DNA of 64,000 nucleotides, taken from the NCBI RefSeq assembly GCF_055900595.2, contig NZ_CM148325.1; one strand, written 5' to 3'. Under the pieces are notes generated by a model that ran no database searches, was not told the DNA's origin, and was given only the letters and a program-made list of their open reading frames with translations. Of this stretch, positions 42,008 through 55,319 are shown piece by piece. Within the stretch, counting starts at the first letter, position 1. The number at the start of each line of letters is the position of its first letter. Made by a program: the position numbers and the translations under genes.

Positions 42008-43684
42008 ATGCATCACGCCACCCCGCTTATCACCACCATTGTTGGCGGCCTTGTGCTCGCCTTTATCCTCGGCATGCTGGCCAATAAACTACGCATTTCT
42101 CCTCTGGTGGGATACCTGTTAGCAGGTGTGCTGGCGGGACCATTCACTCCTGGCTTTGTTGCCGATACCAAGCTCGCGCCGGAACTGGCGGAGCTGGGCG
42201 TTATTCTGCTGATGTTCGGCGTCGGTTTGCACTTTTCGCTGAAGGATTTGATGGCGGTAAAGGCCATCGCCATTCCCGGCGCGATCGCCCAGATAGCCGT
42301 GGCGACGCTGCTGGGTATGGCGCTCTCCGCCGTGCTGGGCTGGTCGTTAATGACCGGTATCGTGTTCGGTTTATGTCTTTCCACCGCCAGTACCGTGGTG
42401 TTACTGCGCGCACTTGAAGAACGGCAATTAATAGACAGCCAGCGTGGGCAAATCGCCATCGGTTGGTTGATTGTGGAAGACCTGGTCATGGTTCTGACGC
42501 TGGTATTGCTGCCCGCAGTAGCAGGAATGATGGAACAGGGCGATGTGGGCTTTGCCACTCTTGCAGTCGATATGGGGATCACCATCGGCAAGGTGATCGC
42601 ATTTATCGCCATTATGATGCTGGTAGGTCGCCGTCTGGTGCCGTGGATTATGGCACGCAGCGCAGCAACCGGTTCCCGCGAGCTGTTTACCCTGTCGGTG
42701 CTGGCGCTGGCGTTAGGGATTGCCTTTGGTGCGGTGGAGCTGTTTGATGTCTCCTTTGCACTCGGTGCGTTCTTTGCCGGGATGGTACTGAACGAGTCTG
42801 AACTGAGTCACCGTGCTGCCCACGATACGCTGCCATTACGCGACGCGTTTGCGGTGCTGTTTTTTGTCTCCGTCGGAATGCTGTTTGATCCGTTAATTCT
42901 GATTCAGCAACCACTGGCGGTGCTAGCGACGCTGGCGATTATTCTGTTTGGTAAGTCATTAGCCGCGTTTTTCCTGGTGCGACTGTTTGGTCACTCTCAA
43001 CGTACGGCATTAACTATCGCCGCCAGCCTGGCGCAAATTGGTGAGTTCGCTTTTATCCTGGCGGGGCTGGGGATGGCGCTGGATCTGTTGCCGCAGGCCG
43101 GACAAAACCTGGTGCTGGCAGGGGCAATCCTGTCGATTATGCTTAACCCGGTGCTGTTCGCGCTGCTGGAGAAATATCTGGCGAAGACCGAAACGCTGGA
43201 AGAGCAGACGCTGGAAGAAGCTATCGAAGAGGAGAAGCAGATTCCGGTGGATATCTGCAACCATGCGCTGCTGGTAGGTTATGGTCGTGTGGGCAGCCTG
43301 CTGGGGGAGAAGTTGCTCGCATCTGATATTCCTTTAGTGGTGATTGAGACGTCACGTACTCGCGTCGATGAACTGCGCGAGCGCGGGGTCCGGGCGGTAT
43401 TAGGCAACGCGGCGAATGAAGAAATTATGCAACTAGCGCATCTGGAATGCGCAAAATGGCTGATCCTGACGATTCCCAATGGTTACGAAGCAGGCGAGAT
43501 TGTGGCGTCTGCTCGCGCGAAAAACCCGGATATTGAGATTATCGCCCGCGCCCATTATGACGACGAGGTAGCATATATTACCGAGCGCGGGGCGAATCAG
43601 GTGGTAATGGGCGAGCGTGAAATCGCCCGTACTATGCTGGAACTGCTGGAAACGCCACCGGCGGGTGAAGTGGTGACGGGGTAA
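42008..43684 (+). CDS. ybaL: CPA2-family cation:proton antiporter with C-terminal RCK/TrkA-N domain
   Basis: 558 aa. Kef-type membrane domain plus the GYGRVG Rossmann motif; synteny. Confidence 0.9.
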   Translation: MHHATPLITTIVGGLVLAFILGMLANKLRISPLVGYLLAGVLAGPFTPGFVADTKLAPELAELGVILLMFGVGLHFSLKDLMAVKAIAIPGAIAQIAVATLLGMALSAVLGWSLMTGIVFGLCLSTASTVVLLRALEERQLIDSQRGQIAIGWLIVEDLVMVLTLVLLPAVAGMMEQGDVGFATLAVDMGITIGKVIAFIAIMMLVGRRLVPWIMARSAATGSRELFTLSVLALALGIAFGAVELFDVSFALGAFFAGMVLNESELSHRAAHDTLPLRDAFAVLFFVSVGMLFDPLILIQQPLAVLATLAIILFGKSLAAFFLVRLFGHSQRTALTIAASLAQIGEFAFILAGLGMALDLLPQAGQNLVLAGAILSIMLNPVLFALLEKYLAKTETLEEQTLEEAIEEEKQIPVDICNHALLVGYGRVGSLLGEKLLASDIPLVVIETSRTRVDELRERGVRAVLGNAANEEIMQLAHLECAKWLILTIPNGYEAGEIVASARAKNPDIEIIARAHYDDEVAYITERGANQVVMGEREIARTMLELLETPPAGEVVTG

Positions 43685-43694
43685 GACATTGATT

Positions 43695-43885
43695 CCATTG
43701 CCGGATGCGATGCTGGCGCATCTTATCCGGCCTACAGGTGCCACCTTCCAAAGGTCGGATAAGGCGTTTATGTCGCATCCGACTGTCATTGCCGGATGCG
43801 ATGTTGACACATCTTATCCAGCCTACAGGTGCCATCTTTCGTAGGTCGGATAAGGCGTTTATGCCGCATCCGACTGTCATCAGTC
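43695..43885. repeat. BIME: two tandem REP pairs of about 100 bp
   Basis: The unit ATTGCCGGATGCGATG...CATCTTATCC.GCCTACAGGTGCCA...GTCGGATAAGGCGTTTATG.CGCATCCGACTGTCAT occurs twice. Confidence 0.85.
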
Positions 43886-43892
43886 CGATAAC

Positions 43893-45197
43893 TTAACGAT
43901 CCCAGTAAGACTCTTCCAGACTGTCTTCACGCTCCGGTAAGCCGCGCGTTAAACGAGGTGAATGCTGGTTCAGTACCTGATAGCTCACACGGTTAGCATA
44001 TTTACACACCTGCGCTAATGACGAATACGTTAACCAGGTGAATTTATGTTTGCTGGAGTTTGGTACGTTGCTACGGTGGTAGCTGTTGGCGGTAATGTCA
44101 TGCAGCAATGCTGCCAGTGCGCCATCCCCGGCACCGTTGGTGTTCATGATCTTTTCCGGCCCGCCCATGTACGGCGCAATGTGAGAATAGACGCGCAGCG
44201 GGTTCTGGCAATCTTTATGGCGCATGGCGCGGCTAAACTCATACTGGTTAAATTCCGCTATAGCGCCCGGCAGCAGCGGATGCTGGGTTTTACGTTTCGC
44301 TTCGTCTTCAGTAAAGCCCGCCATATACAAGCCGATTGGCCCGGCGGTGCACAGCACCAGATCAACCCAGTCCAGCGCCTTGTCAGATGCCAACAACGGA
44401 TCGCTTTCTCCGGTCAACGCTTCGGCCTCATCTTCGTTCATCGCAAGGATAGAGACGTGATCTTTGAGGAATTGCTGCCACCACTGCGGATTCTCGGCAA
44501 TGACAAACTTGGTGCCCAGCGTCAGCACCACCGGTACGTTATATTTCTTCGCGTACTCAATGGCTTTCATGGTTGCTTCCGGCATGGGTTCACCCGGCTT
44601 ACAACGCACCAGATAAGAAGTGAGAACCAGTGCCGAGGCTCCGGCAATCACATCTTCCGGAATACTTTCAGCCCGCAGCTGGTTCATGTGGCCAGGGCTG
44701 ATAGCAAAGGTACGTTCCCCGGACTCGCCAATCAGGGTAAAGCAGCGACCAATCGGGCCGTCCACGCCTTGCAGATAGTTAAGATCGGTACGGCTGGAGG
44801 TGTTACACAGGTAACGATAGGCATAGCTGCCAATTTCAATATTGCTGCACATGACGCCCAGCAGCACCGAACGGTCGTCCGCGAGCACCGAGTAGTTGTG
44901 CATGGTGTTACCAATGGTGCCACCCGCAAACTGGTGAGTAATCAGGTTTTTCTGTTTCAGCTCCTGATAAAGTGCTTCGGCAACATCATCCTCAATCACC
45001 AGTGAATGCCCGGCGCTTAATCCATAACGCTCAATGAACTCATCATCCACTTTCGCTTCAATATCGACCAGCGTTTGATCGATACCCACTACCCAGGCAG
45101 CGCTGGTTTCGTTTTCTGGCTGGAATTGCTGAAGCAGCGGATCGCGTGCGTTTACGGGAAAATAATGTTTGGATTTACGTTTGCCGGGAAATTTCAT
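43893..45197 (-). CDS. gsk: Inosine-guanosine kinase
   Basis: 434 aa, PfkB-family motifs (NTNGAGDGALAALLHD); synteny. Confidence 0.95.
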   Translation of the reverse strand: MKFPGKRKSKHYFPVNARDPLLQQFQPENETSAAWVVGIDQTLVDIEAKVDDEFIERYGLSAGHSLVIEDDVAEALYQELKQKNLITHQFAGGTIGNTMHNYSVLADDRSVLLGVMCSNIEIGSYAYRYLCNTSSRTDLNYLQGVDGPIGRCFTLIGESGERTFAISPGHMNQLRAESIPEDVIAGASALVLTSYLVRCKPGEPMPEATMKAIEYAKKYNVPVVLTLGTKFVIAENPQWWQQFLKDHVSILAMNEDEAEALTGESDPLLASDKALDWVDLVLCTAGPIGLYMAGFTEDEAKRKTQHPLLPGAIAEFNQYEFSRAMRHKDCQNPLRVYSHIAPYMGGPEKIMNTNGAGDGALAALLHDITANSYHRSNVPNSSKHKFTWLTYSSLAQVCKYANRVSYQVLNQHSPRLTRGLPEREDSLEESYWDR

Positions 45198-45348
45198 GGT
45201 TGTTTTTACGGGTGGTTAACTGAGCGGCGAATGTTAACACAATCAGACGGGAGCGCGCGAGACGCAGCCAGTTTCAATATCAGCAGGCGGGATCGCATTT
45301 TCATGGCAGTGGTTCCTTACAATGACGTAATTTGAAAGGAGTTTTTGC

Positions 45349-46308
45349 ATGAAGCCGGAAAACAAATTACCCGTTCTGGACCTTATTTCTGCTGAAATGA
45401 AGACCGTTGTGAATACTCTTCAGCCGGATTTACCGCCCTGGCCCGCAACGGGAACGATTGCTGAGCAACGACAGTATTACACACTTGAGCGCCGATTCTG
45501 GAATGCGGGCGCTCCAGAAATGGCAACCAGCGCTTACATGGTTCCCACACCTTATGGTCAGGTCGAGACTCGCCTCTACTCACCCAAAAGTCACAGCCCG
45601 GCGACACTATTTTATCTGCATGGTGGTGGTTTTATTCTCGGCAATCTTGATACCCACGATCGGATTATGCGACTGCTGGCAAATTACACCCAATGTACAG
45701 TGATTGGTATTGCTTACACTCTTTCGCCGGAAGCACGTTTTCCGCAGGCAATAGAGGAAATTGTGGCTGCCTGTTGCCACTTCCACCAGCAGGCAGAGGA
45801 TTATCAAATCAATATGTCACGCATTGGTTTTGCTGGTGATTCTGCAGGCGCAATGCTGGCGCTCGCCGGTGCGTTGTGGTTACGTGATAAACAGATAGAT
45901 TGCGGTGAAGTTGCGGGCGTTTTGCTGTGGTATGGGCTTTACGGATTACGGGATTCCGTGACTCGTCGTCTGTTGGGCGGTGTTTGGGATGGCTTAACGC
46001 AAGAGGATTTACAGATGTATGAAGAGGCGTATTTAAGCAACGACGCTGACCGCGAGTCGCCGTATTACTGCCTGTTTAATAATGATCTCACTCGTGAGGT
46101 TCCGCCCTGTTTTATTGCCGGAGCGGAGTTCGATCCGCTGCTGGATGACAGCCGTCTGCTTTACCAGACGTTAGCGGCGCATCAGCAGCCCTGTGAGTTC
46201 AAACTCTACCCAGGCACGCTGCACGCCTTTTTGCATTATTCACGGATGATGAAAGCCGCCGACGAGGCTCTTCGCGACGGCGCTCAGTTCTTTACCGCTC
46301 AGCTTTAG
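45349..46308 (+). CDS. aes: Acetyl esterase
   Basis: 319 aa, HGGG oxyanion motif and GDSAGA nucleophile elbow. Confidence 0.95.
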   Translation: MKPENKLPVLDLISAEMKTVVNTLQPDLPPWPATGTIAEQRQYYTLERRFWNAGAPEMATSAYMVPTPYGQVETRLYSPKSHSPATLFYLHGGGFILGNLDTHDRIMRLLANYTQCTVIGIAYTLSPEARFPQAIEEIVAACCHFHQQAEDYQINMSRIGFAGDSAGAMLALAGALWLRDKQIDCGEVAGVLLWYGLYGLRDSVTRRLLGGVWDGLTQEDLQMYEEAYLSNDADRESPYYCLFNNDLTREVPPCFIAGAEFDPLLDDSRLLYQTLAAHQQPCEFKLYPGTLHAFLHYSRMMKAADEALRDGAQFFTAQL

Positions 46309-47267
46309 CGATACGCGGCAACAAGATTAGCCATCATTTCGATATGTTCCGGTGTGGCATTAAGCGCCGGAATATATTCGTATTTTTTCCCGCCCGCACC
46401 GAGGAAGACCTCACGGTTTTGCTCGGCAATCTCTTCCAGCGTCTCCAGACAATCTGCAGCAAAGCCCGGGCACATCACCTGAATATGACCTACGCCTTTT
46501 TCTCCGAGCATTTTCAGCGTTTCATCGGTATAAGGCATTAGCCAGGGTTCCCGACCAAAACGCGACTGAAAGGTCATCATCACTTTTTCCGGAGCCATTC
46601 CCAGTGCGGAAGCCAGTTCACGTGTAGTTGTGCGACAACGTTGCGGGTAATCATCGCCTTCATCGGCATAACGCTGGGGAATGCCATGATAAGAGAGCAG
46701 CAGCAGATCCGGTTCGCCATGTTTGGCAAAAGAAGCACGTACGCTGTTCGCCAGTGCATTAATGTAATCGTGGTTATCGGCGTAATCACGAATAAACGAT
46801 ATCCCCGGAATGCTACGTTTGCGCGCCAGAATGCGTGCCAGTTCATCCCATACCGCACCGACCGTTGAACAGGAGTATTGCGGATAAAGCGGAAGCACCA
46901 CAATATGATCTACATGCTCTGCCAGGAGTTCATCTACGGCGCTTTCCAGTGATGGCGAGCCGTAGCTCATTCCCAGCGCTACGGGCGTCTCCGGTAAACG
47001 TTGTGCCAGCGCCTGCTGTTGCTGGCGGCTGTAAACCATCAGTGGCGAGCCGCCCTCCATCCAGACAGAGGCATACAACTTCGCCACACGCGGCGAGCGC
47101 AGCGGCAAAATCACGCCGTGCAGCAACGGCCACCACAACAGCCGTGAGGTATCAACCACGCGTCTGTCGCTTAAAAATTGTTTCAGGTAGCGTTTTACCG
47201 CTTCAGGAGTGGGGGCATCGGGTGTACCCAGGTTTGCCAGCAGAATACCGGTTTTAGTTTGACGCAT
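46305..47267 (-). CDS. hemH: Ferrochelatase
   Basis: 320 aa. Recognised sequence. 4-bp convergent overlap with aes as in E. coli. Confidence 0.95.
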   Translation of the reverse strand: MRQTKTGILLANLGTPDAPTPEAVKRYLKQFLSDRRVVDTSRLLWWPLLHGVILPLRSPRVAKLYASVWMEGGSPLMVYSRQQQQALAQRLPETPVALGMSYGSPSLESAVDELLAEHVDHIVVLPLYPQYSCSTVGAVWDELARILARKRSIPGISFIRDYADNHDYINALANSVRASFAKHGEPDLLLLSYHGIPQRYADEGDDYPQRCRTTTRELASALGMAPEKVMMTFQSRFGREPWLMPYTDETLKMLGEKGVGHIQVMCPGFAADCLETLEEIAEQNREVFLGAGGKKYEYIPALNATPEHIEMMANLVAAYR

Positions 47268-47398
47268 TACCGCCTCTTATCGATTCAACTTGTTGATAAT
47301 TGTAGCGGAAAAGTGAAGAAGAAGAACTAATTGCTGTGAGAGGTTTTGCCTGAGGAGGATGAGCAGACCTGCCCGAAAGCAGATCTGCTGCGGCTTAA

Positions 47399-48115
<717 letters not shown>

Positions 48116-48185
48116 TCAAGAAAGGCACCTGAGGCTGAAACGGTTAATGGCGAGATAATTTGCGGAAAGGACAGATGATGAAAAG

Positions 48186-48220
48186 AAAAATGCCGGATGA
48201 CACGAGGGTCATCCGGCATT
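48186..48220 (-). terminator. htpG terminator
   Basis: On the minus strand, AATGCCGGATGAC-CCTCGT-GTCATCCGGCATT followed by TTTTT. Confidence 0.7.
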
Positions 48221-48223
48221 ACA

Positions 48224-50098
48224 TCAGGAAACCAGCAGCTGGTTCATACGACGAATAAACAGGTTCGGATCTTCCAGCGTACCGCGCTCTGCCAGCAGCG
48301 CCTGATCCAACAGTAATTCTACCCACTCGCTGAACTTCGCTTCATCTTCAGTATCTGCCGCACGTTTCACCAGTACGTGATCCGGGTTCAGTTCGAAGAT
48401 GTATTTCACTTCTGGTACTTTCTGGCCCGCCGCAGCGAACAGTTTCGCCATCTGGGTGCTCATTTCGTCCGCGTCGGTCGAAACGATCGCTGGCGTATCG
48501 GTCAGACGGTGGGTCAGACGGACATCTTTCACGCGCTCGCCGAGCAGGGCTTTCACACGGTCGATGAACGGAGTCAGTGCTTTCTCCGCTTCTTTCGCGT
48601 TCTCATCAACTTCGTCAGCCAGTTTTTCCAGCGACTCGTCAACTTTAGACACAGACTGGAACGGTTTACCGTCGAACTCAGTCAGATAGTTCATCATCCA
48701 CTCATCGATGCGGTCGGAAAGCAGCAGAACTTCGATGCCTTTCTTACGCAGCAGTTCCAGGTGCGGGCTGCTCTTCGCTGCCGCATAGCTGTCTGCGGTG
48801 ATGTAGTAGATTTTCTCCTGCCCTTCTTTCATGCGGGAAACGTAGTCTTCCAGAGACACGGTCTGCGCAGAAGAGTCGGTATGGGTAGAAGCAAAACGCA
48901 GCAGTTTGGCGATCGCTTCCTGGTTAGCGAAATCTTCCGCCGGACCTTCTTTCAGTACCAGGCCAAACTGTTGCCAGAAGGTCTGGTATTTTTCCGCGTC
49001 GTCTTTCGCCAGTTTTTCCAGCATTTGCAGCACACGCTTGGTCAGCGCATTGCGCAGGTTGCGGGTTACGGTGCTGTCCTGGAGGATTTCACGGGAAACG
49101 TTCAGCGGCAGATCGCTGGAGTCAATCAGACCACGCACGAAGCGCAGATAGTTCGGCATGAACTGTTCTGCGTCGTCCATGATGAACACACGCTGGACGT
49201 ACAGTTTCAGGCCGTGCTTATGATCGCGGTTCCACATATCCCACGGTGCCTGCGACGGAATATACAGCAGGCTGGTGTACTCCTGCTTACCTTCGACACG
49301 GTTGTGGCTCCAGGTCAGCGGATCGTTAAAGTCGTGAGCGATGTGTTTGTAGAACTCTTTGTACTCTTCATCGGTGATTTCCGACTTGTTACGAGTCCAC
49401 AGCGCCTGCGCTTTGTTGATTTTCTCCCAGGAGATAACGGTTTCGCCGTCTTTCTCTTCGCGTTTTTCGATCTCTACCGGCAGCGCGATATGGTCGGAGT
49501 ATTTGCTGATGATGGAACGCACGCGCCAGTCATCGAGGAACTCGTCTTCGCCTTCACGCAGATGCAGGGTGATTTCAGTACCACGATCTTCTTTGGTGAT
49601 GTCGGCAACGGTATATTCACCTTCGCCAGCCGATTCCCAGAAGACGCCGTTTTCTGGTTTTTCGCCTGCCGCGCGAGTACGCACGGTCACTTTGTCGGCC
49701 ACGATAAACGCAGAGTAGAAACCAACACCAAACTGACCGATCAGTTGGCTGTCTTTCGCCTGGTCAGAACCCAGGGATTCGAGGAATGATTTGGTGCCGG
49801 ATTTAGCGATAGTCCCCAGATGGTCAATCACTTCGTCGCGGGTCATCCCCACGCCGTTATCGGAGATGGTAAGCGTGCGCTTGTCTTTATCGAAAGAGAC
49901 ACGAACGCGCAGTTCGCCATCACCTTCGTACAGGTCCGGGTTGGAGAGCGCGCGGAAACGCAGCTTGTCCGCCGCATCGGAGGCGTTAGAGATAAGCTCA
50001 CGCAGGAAGATTTCTTTATTGGAATAGAGAGAATGGATCATCAGGTGCAGAAGTTGTTTCACTTCTGACTGAAAACCACGAGTTTCTTGTCCTTTCAT
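48224..50098 (-). CDS. htpG: Hsp90-family chaperone
   Basis: 624 aa. The N-terminus [42 protein letters not shown] is recognised. Confidence 0.97.
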   Translation of the reverse strand: MKGQETRGFQSEVKQLLHLMIHSLYSNKEIFLRELISNASDAADKLRFRALSNPDLYEGDGELRVRVSFDKDKRTLTISDNGVGMTRDEVIDHLGTIAKSGTKSFLESLGSDQAKDSQLIGQFGVGFYSAFIVADKVTVRTRAAGEKPENGVFWESAGEGEYTVADITKEDRGTEITLHLREGEDEFLDDWRVRSIISKYSDHIALPVEIEKREEKDGETVISWEKINKAQALWTRNKSEITDEEYKEFYKHIAHDFNDPLTWSHNRVEGKQEYTSLLYIPSQAPWDMWNRDHKHGLKLYVQRVFIMDDAEQFMPNYLRFVRGLIDSSDLPLNVSREILQDSTVTRNLRNALTKRVLQMLEKLAKDDAEKYQTFWQQFGLVLKEGPAEDFANQEAIAKLLRFASTHTDSSAQTVSLEDYVSRMKEGQEKIYYITADSYAAAKSSPHLELLRKKGIEVLLLSDRIDEWMMNYLTEFDGKPFQSVSKVDESLEKLADEVDENAKEAEKALTPFIDRVKALLGERVKDVRLTHRLTDTPAIVSTDADEMSTQMAKLFAAAGQKVPEVKYIFELNPDHVLVKRAADTEDEAKFSEWVELLLDQALLAERGTLEDPNLFIRRMNQLLVS

Positions 50099-50207
50099 GT
50101 AGGTCTACCTCAATAATGCCATTTTAAGGTTAAAAACAGGATGAGGGAGAGATGGGGACAAGGGAGAATAATTTCAAGCGAGAGCAGGTGATCCTGCTCT
50201 CGTTTGC

Positions 50208-50812
50208 TTAAAAACGAATCTTATGACGCCCGGCAAGGGAGTGTGACAGCGTGGTGCCATCGACCATTTCCAGCTCGCCGCCAACCGGTACGCCATGAGC
50301 GATTCGGCTGGCTTCCACGTCATATTGCGCGCAAAGCTCGGCAATGTAGTTAGCGGTAGCTTCACCTTCAACCGTGGGGTTGGTGGCTAGGATCACTTCA
50401 GTGATTTTTTCCTCTGCCAGACGCTGTTCCAGACGATCAAGGCCGATATCATCCGGACCGATGCCGTCCAGCGGTGACAGATGTCCCATCAACACAAAAT
50501 AACGACCTGAAAACTGCCCCGTCTGCTCAATGGCATAAATGTCCGCCGGACTCTCCACCACGCAGATTTGACCGTTTTCCTGACGACGCGGATTCGAACA
50601 GATGTTACAGACTTCCTGTTCGGTGAAAGTGCGGCAATCGGCGCAGTGGCCGATTTCCGACATCGCCCGGGTGAGCGCCTGCGCCAGACGCATCCCGCCG
50701 CTACGATCGCGCTGAAGCAGCGTGAACGCCATACGCTGCGCCGACTTCGGGCCAACGCCCGGCAGACAGCGCAGTGCTTCCATAAGCTGTGTTAACAGCG
50801 GGCTGGTTTGCA

Positions 50813-50813
<1 letters not shown>
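50208..50813 (-). CDS. recR: Recombination mediator RecR
   Basis: 201 aa, C4 zinc finger ([16 protein letters not shown]), Toprim domain. Confidence 0.95.
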
Positions 50814-51157
<344 letters not shown>

Positions 51158-51194
51158 TCACGTTAAGGATGACGAACGTAAGCTGTGCTTACGA

Positions 51195-53126
51195 TCAAAT
51201 GGGGCGGATACTTTCTTCATCCAGCTCCGCATCGAAGAATCGACGCAGGGTCTGAATATTATTATCCGCAATAATGGACTCGCGCGCCTGCGCAAGTTTT
51301 TCTTCGTATATCGCCTGACGCCATTCCAGCGGCGTGCGCACCGCGGGATTATCATCTTCAACGATAGTCAGTTCAACCGTTGAACCTTTTAACGTGCTCA
51401 ACGCTTCAGCCAGTTTTTGCTGTGCACCGCGGTTGTTTAAATGCCGCTGAGAGGAGCGCAAATGCAGACATACTGCGTTGTCGCTCTCCTCTTTCCAAGC
51501 ATTTAACGCCACCTGTTCGACCAGTTTTGGTAGCGAAAGTTGGCTCACCTGTGCCGCCCAAGGATCGCGGTCAATGGCTTCTGCCGCCAGCTTTGCCGCC
51601 AGTTCCGGCGTTTTTTCATGTTCCAGCGCTTTTTTCAGCGCCTTCGGCGTGGCGACCACCTCTTTTTGCTGCATCACTGGAGTGGTAGCCTTCCAGCGAT
51701 ACGCTTCTTTTTTGGCTGGTGCTTTTTCCAGCGCCGATGGCCCCGGACGCGCCTGAACGCGATCGGTGACCGAAGCCAGTCTTTCCAGCGCAGCGTTATT
51801 CACCGGCCGCGCGCGGGTAGCGGCTGCCGGTTCACTCTTTTTTGCTTTGGTTGCTCCCTGTGCGCGCTGCAGTTGTTGGCGCGCTGCCAGCACCTGGCTG
51901 GTGGTTTCTGAGAGCGGTACAGTCGGTGCCTGCTGCGGTGCTGATTGCGGTTGCGGCGGCACCTGGGTTGGCGTCATTACTGCCGTTGGCGCGACGGGCG
52001 CAAAAGACTGGCGTGGCACTTCTGGCTCAGGCAGCGGCATACGCGGATGAAACGCCAGTGCGCGCAACAGTGTCATCTCAACGCCCATGCGGCGGTCCGG
52101 CGCATACGGTAATTCTTTGCGACCAATCAACAGCGTTTGATAGTAAAGCTGAATATCCGTCGGCGGTATGGTGCGCGCCAGTTCACGCATCCGCAGCTCG
52201 ATGGCGGCCATGTCGTTGCCCAGCGCAGCAGGGGAAAGTTGCACCATTGCAATGCGGTGCAACAGGCCGAGCATTTCTACCAGCAACGCTTCCCACTCAA
52301 TACCACGAGCGGCGGCTTCATTAATCAGCGACATTACACGCTCGCCGTTGGCTTCAACCATCGCTTCAACCAGCGACAGCGCCTGATCGTCGTCAAGCGT
52401 ACCCAGCATCGCACTGACCGCCTGGGTTGAAACCTGGCCGTCACCGCTGGCAATTGCCTGGTCGGTTAAACTTAGGGCATCTCGCAAGCTGCCTTCAGCG
52501 GCGCGCGCCAGCAGTTGCAGCGCCCGCGGCTCGTGAGCGATATGTTCTTCGTTGAGGATGTGCTCAAGCTGATGGCGAATTTGCTCGACATCCAGCGCCT
52601 TGAGATGAAATTGCAGGCAGCGTGACAAAATCGTCACCGGCAATTTCTGCGGATCGGTCGTCGCCAGCAGAAACTTGACGTGCTCCGGCGGTTCTTCAAG
52701 GGTTTTTAACAGTGCGTTAAAGCTGTGGCGCGACAGCATATGCACTTCGTCGATCAGATAAACTTTAAAACGACCACGCGCTGGCGCGTACTGGACGTTA
52801 TCCAGCAGGTCGCGGGTATCTTCGACTTTGGTGCGCGAGGCGGCGTCGATTTCAATCAGATCGACAAAGCGCCCCTGCTCAATTTCACGACAGTTATCGC
52901 ACACGCCGCACGGCGTCGCGGTAATGCCGGTTTCGCAGTTTAGCCCCTTCGCCAGCAGTCGGGCGATAGAGGTTTTTCCGACGCCACGGGTGCCGGAAAA
53001 AAGATAAGCATGATGAATACGCCCTAACGACAAGCCGTTCGCCAGTGCGGTCAGCACATGTTCCTGGCCGACGACGTCAGCAAAGGTTTGTGGGCGCCAT
53101 TTTCGGGCTAAGACCTGATAACTCAT
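51195..53126 (-). CDS. dnaX: DNA polymerase III tau subunit (gamma by frameshift)
   Basis: 643 aa, Walker A GTRGVGKTS, zinc module, recognised sequence. Confidence 0.97.
   Translation of the reverse strand: MSYQVLARKWRPQTFADVVGQEHVLTALANGLSLGRIHHAYLFSGTRGVGKTSIARLLAKGLNCETGITATPCGVCDNCREIEQGRFVDLIEIDAASRTKVEDTRDLLDNVQYAPARGRFKVYLIDEVHMLSRHSFNALLKTLEEPPEHVKFLLATTDPQKLPVTILSRCLQFHLKALDVEQIRHQLEHILNEEHIAHEPRALQLLARAAEGSLRDALSLTDQAIASGDGQVSTQAVSAMLGTLDDDQALSLVEAMVEANGERVMSLINEAAARGIEWEALLVEMLGLLHRIAMVQLSPAALGNDMAAIELRMRELARTIPPTDIQLYYQTLLIGRKELPYAPDRRMGVEMTLLRALAFHPRMPLPEPEVPRQSFAPVAPTAVMTPTQVPPQPQSAPQQAPTVPLSETTSQVLAARQQLQRAQGATKAKKSEPAAATRARPVNNAALERLASVTDRVQARPGPSALEKAPAKKEAYRWKATTPVMQQKEVVATPKALKKALEHEKTPELAAKLAAEAIDRDPWAAQVSQLSLPKLVEQVALNAWKEESDNAVCLHLRSSQRHLNNRGAQQKLAEALSTLKGSTVELTIVEDDNPAVRTPLEWRQAIYEEKLAQARESIIADNNIQTLRRFFDAELDEESIRPI
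51837..51843 (-). other. dnaX -1 programmed frameshift site (A AAA AAG)
   Basis: The minus strand reads GCA AAA AAG AGT GAA. After a -1 slip it reads GAG TGA, giving gamma. A GC-rich stem (CCGGCAGCCGCTACCCGCGCGCGGCCGG) follows. Textbook recoding site. Confidence 0.9.
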
Positions 53127-53254
53127 TGGCAGGCTCTGAAACGCTGGAAGGTGGATTCACGAAGGGGTAATGCTAACACAGCCCCGTCAGAACGGCGAGG
53201 CTGAATGCACATCTTGTGCTGTCCGTAGCGTGGGCAGCACAAGACTGGCAATAA

Positions 53255-53806
53255 TTAATGGCCCGGGAACGGGACAAGGCTGTAGCTGGTAATGCCCTGT
53301 TTTTCCAGACGCTGTTCGCCGCCGAGATCGAACAGGTTGATAATGAACGCAGCATCAGCCACTTCACCACCCAGACGACGGATCAGTTTAACGGTCGCTT
53401 CGATAGTGCCGCCGGTTGCCAGCAGATCGTCCACCACCAGAACTTTGTCGCCCGGTTTGATGGCATCAACGTGGATTTCCAGCTGATCGGTGCCGTATTC
53501 CAGGTCGTAAGTTTCACTGATGGTTTCACGCGGCAGTTTGCCCGGTTTACGGACCGGTACAAAGCCAACGCCCAGACCCAGAGCTACCGGAGCGCCAAAC
53601 AAGAAGCCACGCGCTTCGGTGCCGACAACTTTGGTAATGCCCGCATTTTTGTAACGCTCAACCAGTAAATCGATGCTGAGAGCGTAAGCTTTCGGGTCTT
53701 CCAGTAAGCTGGTGACATCGCGGAAAAGAATGCCGGGTTTTGGGTAGTCCTGAATGCTTTTGATGCTATTTTTGAGATACTCAAGCTGCTGTGCAGTCGC
53801 GGTCAT
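53255..53806 (-). CDS. apt: Adenine phosphoribosyltransferase
   Basis: From [30 protein letters not shown] (183 aa), PRPP motif [13 protein letters not shown]. Confidence 0.95.
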
Positions 53807-53958
53807 AAGTGTATGCCTGCTTGTTACGGTGGTACTCACGGCGCGTTTTAAACGAGTCAAAAGTAACAGTTGTTTAACCTTTGACCGCCTGCGCCTGTGC
53901 TCGAAAACGCCAGAATGTACTGGCTGTGGGCGATAATTGCAACAGCGATTGTTGTGCT

Positions 53959-54336
53959 TCAGTGCTTTTCTTGCTTTTCATCAATCACCGGAATTCGCCA
54001 CATATAAAAAAGCAAACAGGCGAGAATTACCAGCAACATGATGCGCCCCCATGGCATCTGGACGAACCACAGAGAAATGGCAAACGTGAGTAAAATAAGC
54101 AAAATCGCCCGCGGTTTGACGCCGCGCGGCATCGCATGATGTTTCTGCCAGAAACGTAGATAGCTGCCAAACCATGAGCGGTAGAGCAACCAGGCGTGAA
54201 AGCGCGGGGAAGAACGGGCAAAGCACCAGGCCGCCAGCAGGATAAACGGCGTCGTCGGTAATACCGGTAATACCACGCCCAGCGTACCCAGCACTACCGC
54301 CAGCCAGCCAATGATGATTAAAATGATTCGTTGCAT
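53959..54336 (-). CDS. ybaN: Inner-membrane protein, DUF454 family
   Basis: 125 aa, hydrophobic; synteny. Confidence 0.85.
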
Positions 54337-54405
54337 ATTGAGTGTTGTCAGCTTACAGAGTGGCTACTTTAGCATAACAATTATCATTTTCATTGAGGTC
54401 TTATC

Positions 54406-54933
54406 GTGAAAACCGCCCTGCTGCTGGAAAAACTGGAAGGACAGCTCGCCACGCTGCGTCAGCGTTGTGCCCCGGTAGCGCAATTTGCCACGCTAAGTGC
54501 CCGTTTTGACAGGCACCTTTTTCAGACCCGTGCGACAACACTACAGGCTTGTCTCGATGAGGCGGGCGATAATCTGGCTGCGCTTCGTCATGCGGTTGAG
54601 CAGCAACAGATGCCGCAAGTGGCCTGGCTGGCGGAACATCTGGCTGCACAACTGGAAGCCATCGCGCGTGAAGCCTCCGCCTGGTCATTGCGCGAGTGGG
54701 ACAGTGCGCCACCGAAAATTGCCCGCTGGCAGCGTAAACGTATTCAGCATCAGGATTTTGAGCGGCGACTTCGTGAGATGGTTGCCGAACGTAAAGCCCG
54801 CCTGGCGCGGGTGACCGATCTCGTGGAACAGCAAACGCTGCATCGTGAAGTAGAAGCCTATGAAGCACGCCTGGCACGCTGCCGTCATGCGCTGGAAAAA
54901 ATCGAAAACAGGATAGCGCGTTTAACTCGCTAG
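54406..54933 (+). CDS. priC: Primosomal replication protein N''
   Basis: 175 aa, helical; synteny with ybaM and ybaN. Confidence 0.85.
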   Translation: MKTALLLEKLEGQLATLRQRCAPVAQFATLSARFDRHLFQTRATTLQACLDEAGDNLAALRHAVEQQQMPQVAWLAEHLAAQLEAIAREASAWSLREWDSAPPKIARWQRKRIQHQDFERRLREMVAERKARLARVTDLVEQQTLHREVEAYEARLARCRHALEKIENRIARLTR

Positions 54934-54946
54934 CAATGGAGAGAGT

Positions 54947-55108
54947 ATGTCACTGGAAAATGCCCCTGACGATGTCAAACTGGCCGTCGATTTGATTGTG
55001 CTGCTGGAAGAAAATCAGATCCCAGCCCGCACCGTACTGCGCGCGCTGGATATTGTAAAACGCGATTATGAAAAGAAATTAACGCGCGATGATGAGGCGG
55101 AAAAGTGA
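54947..55108 (+). CDS. ybaM: Small protein YbaM (53 aa)
   Basis: [53 protein letters not shown], with GGAGAG SD. Below the track cut-off. Confidence 0.7.
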   Translation: MSLENAPDDVKLAVDLIVLLEENQIPARTVLRALDIVKRDYEKKLTRDDEAEK

Positions 55109-55151
55109 GAAATAAATGGGGCCGCTAAATGTCCCCTAAGATTGCGGGTAA

Positions 55152-55262
55152 ACGCAAAACTGCCTGATGCGCTACGCTTATCAGGCCTACACCGCTCCTG
55201 CAATATATTGAATTCTTGCGGTTTCGTAGGCCGGATAAGGCGGTCACGCCGCATCCGGCATG
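55152..55262. repeat. REP elements
   Basis: GCCTGATGCGCTACGCTTATCAGGCCTAC ... GTAGGCCGGATAAGGCGGTCACGCCGCATCCGGCA. Confidence 0.8.
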
Positions 55263-55319
55263 AACAACGCGCACTTTGTCAGTAATCTCGGGGCAACTAA
55301 ATGTCGCCCCCTTTGGTTA

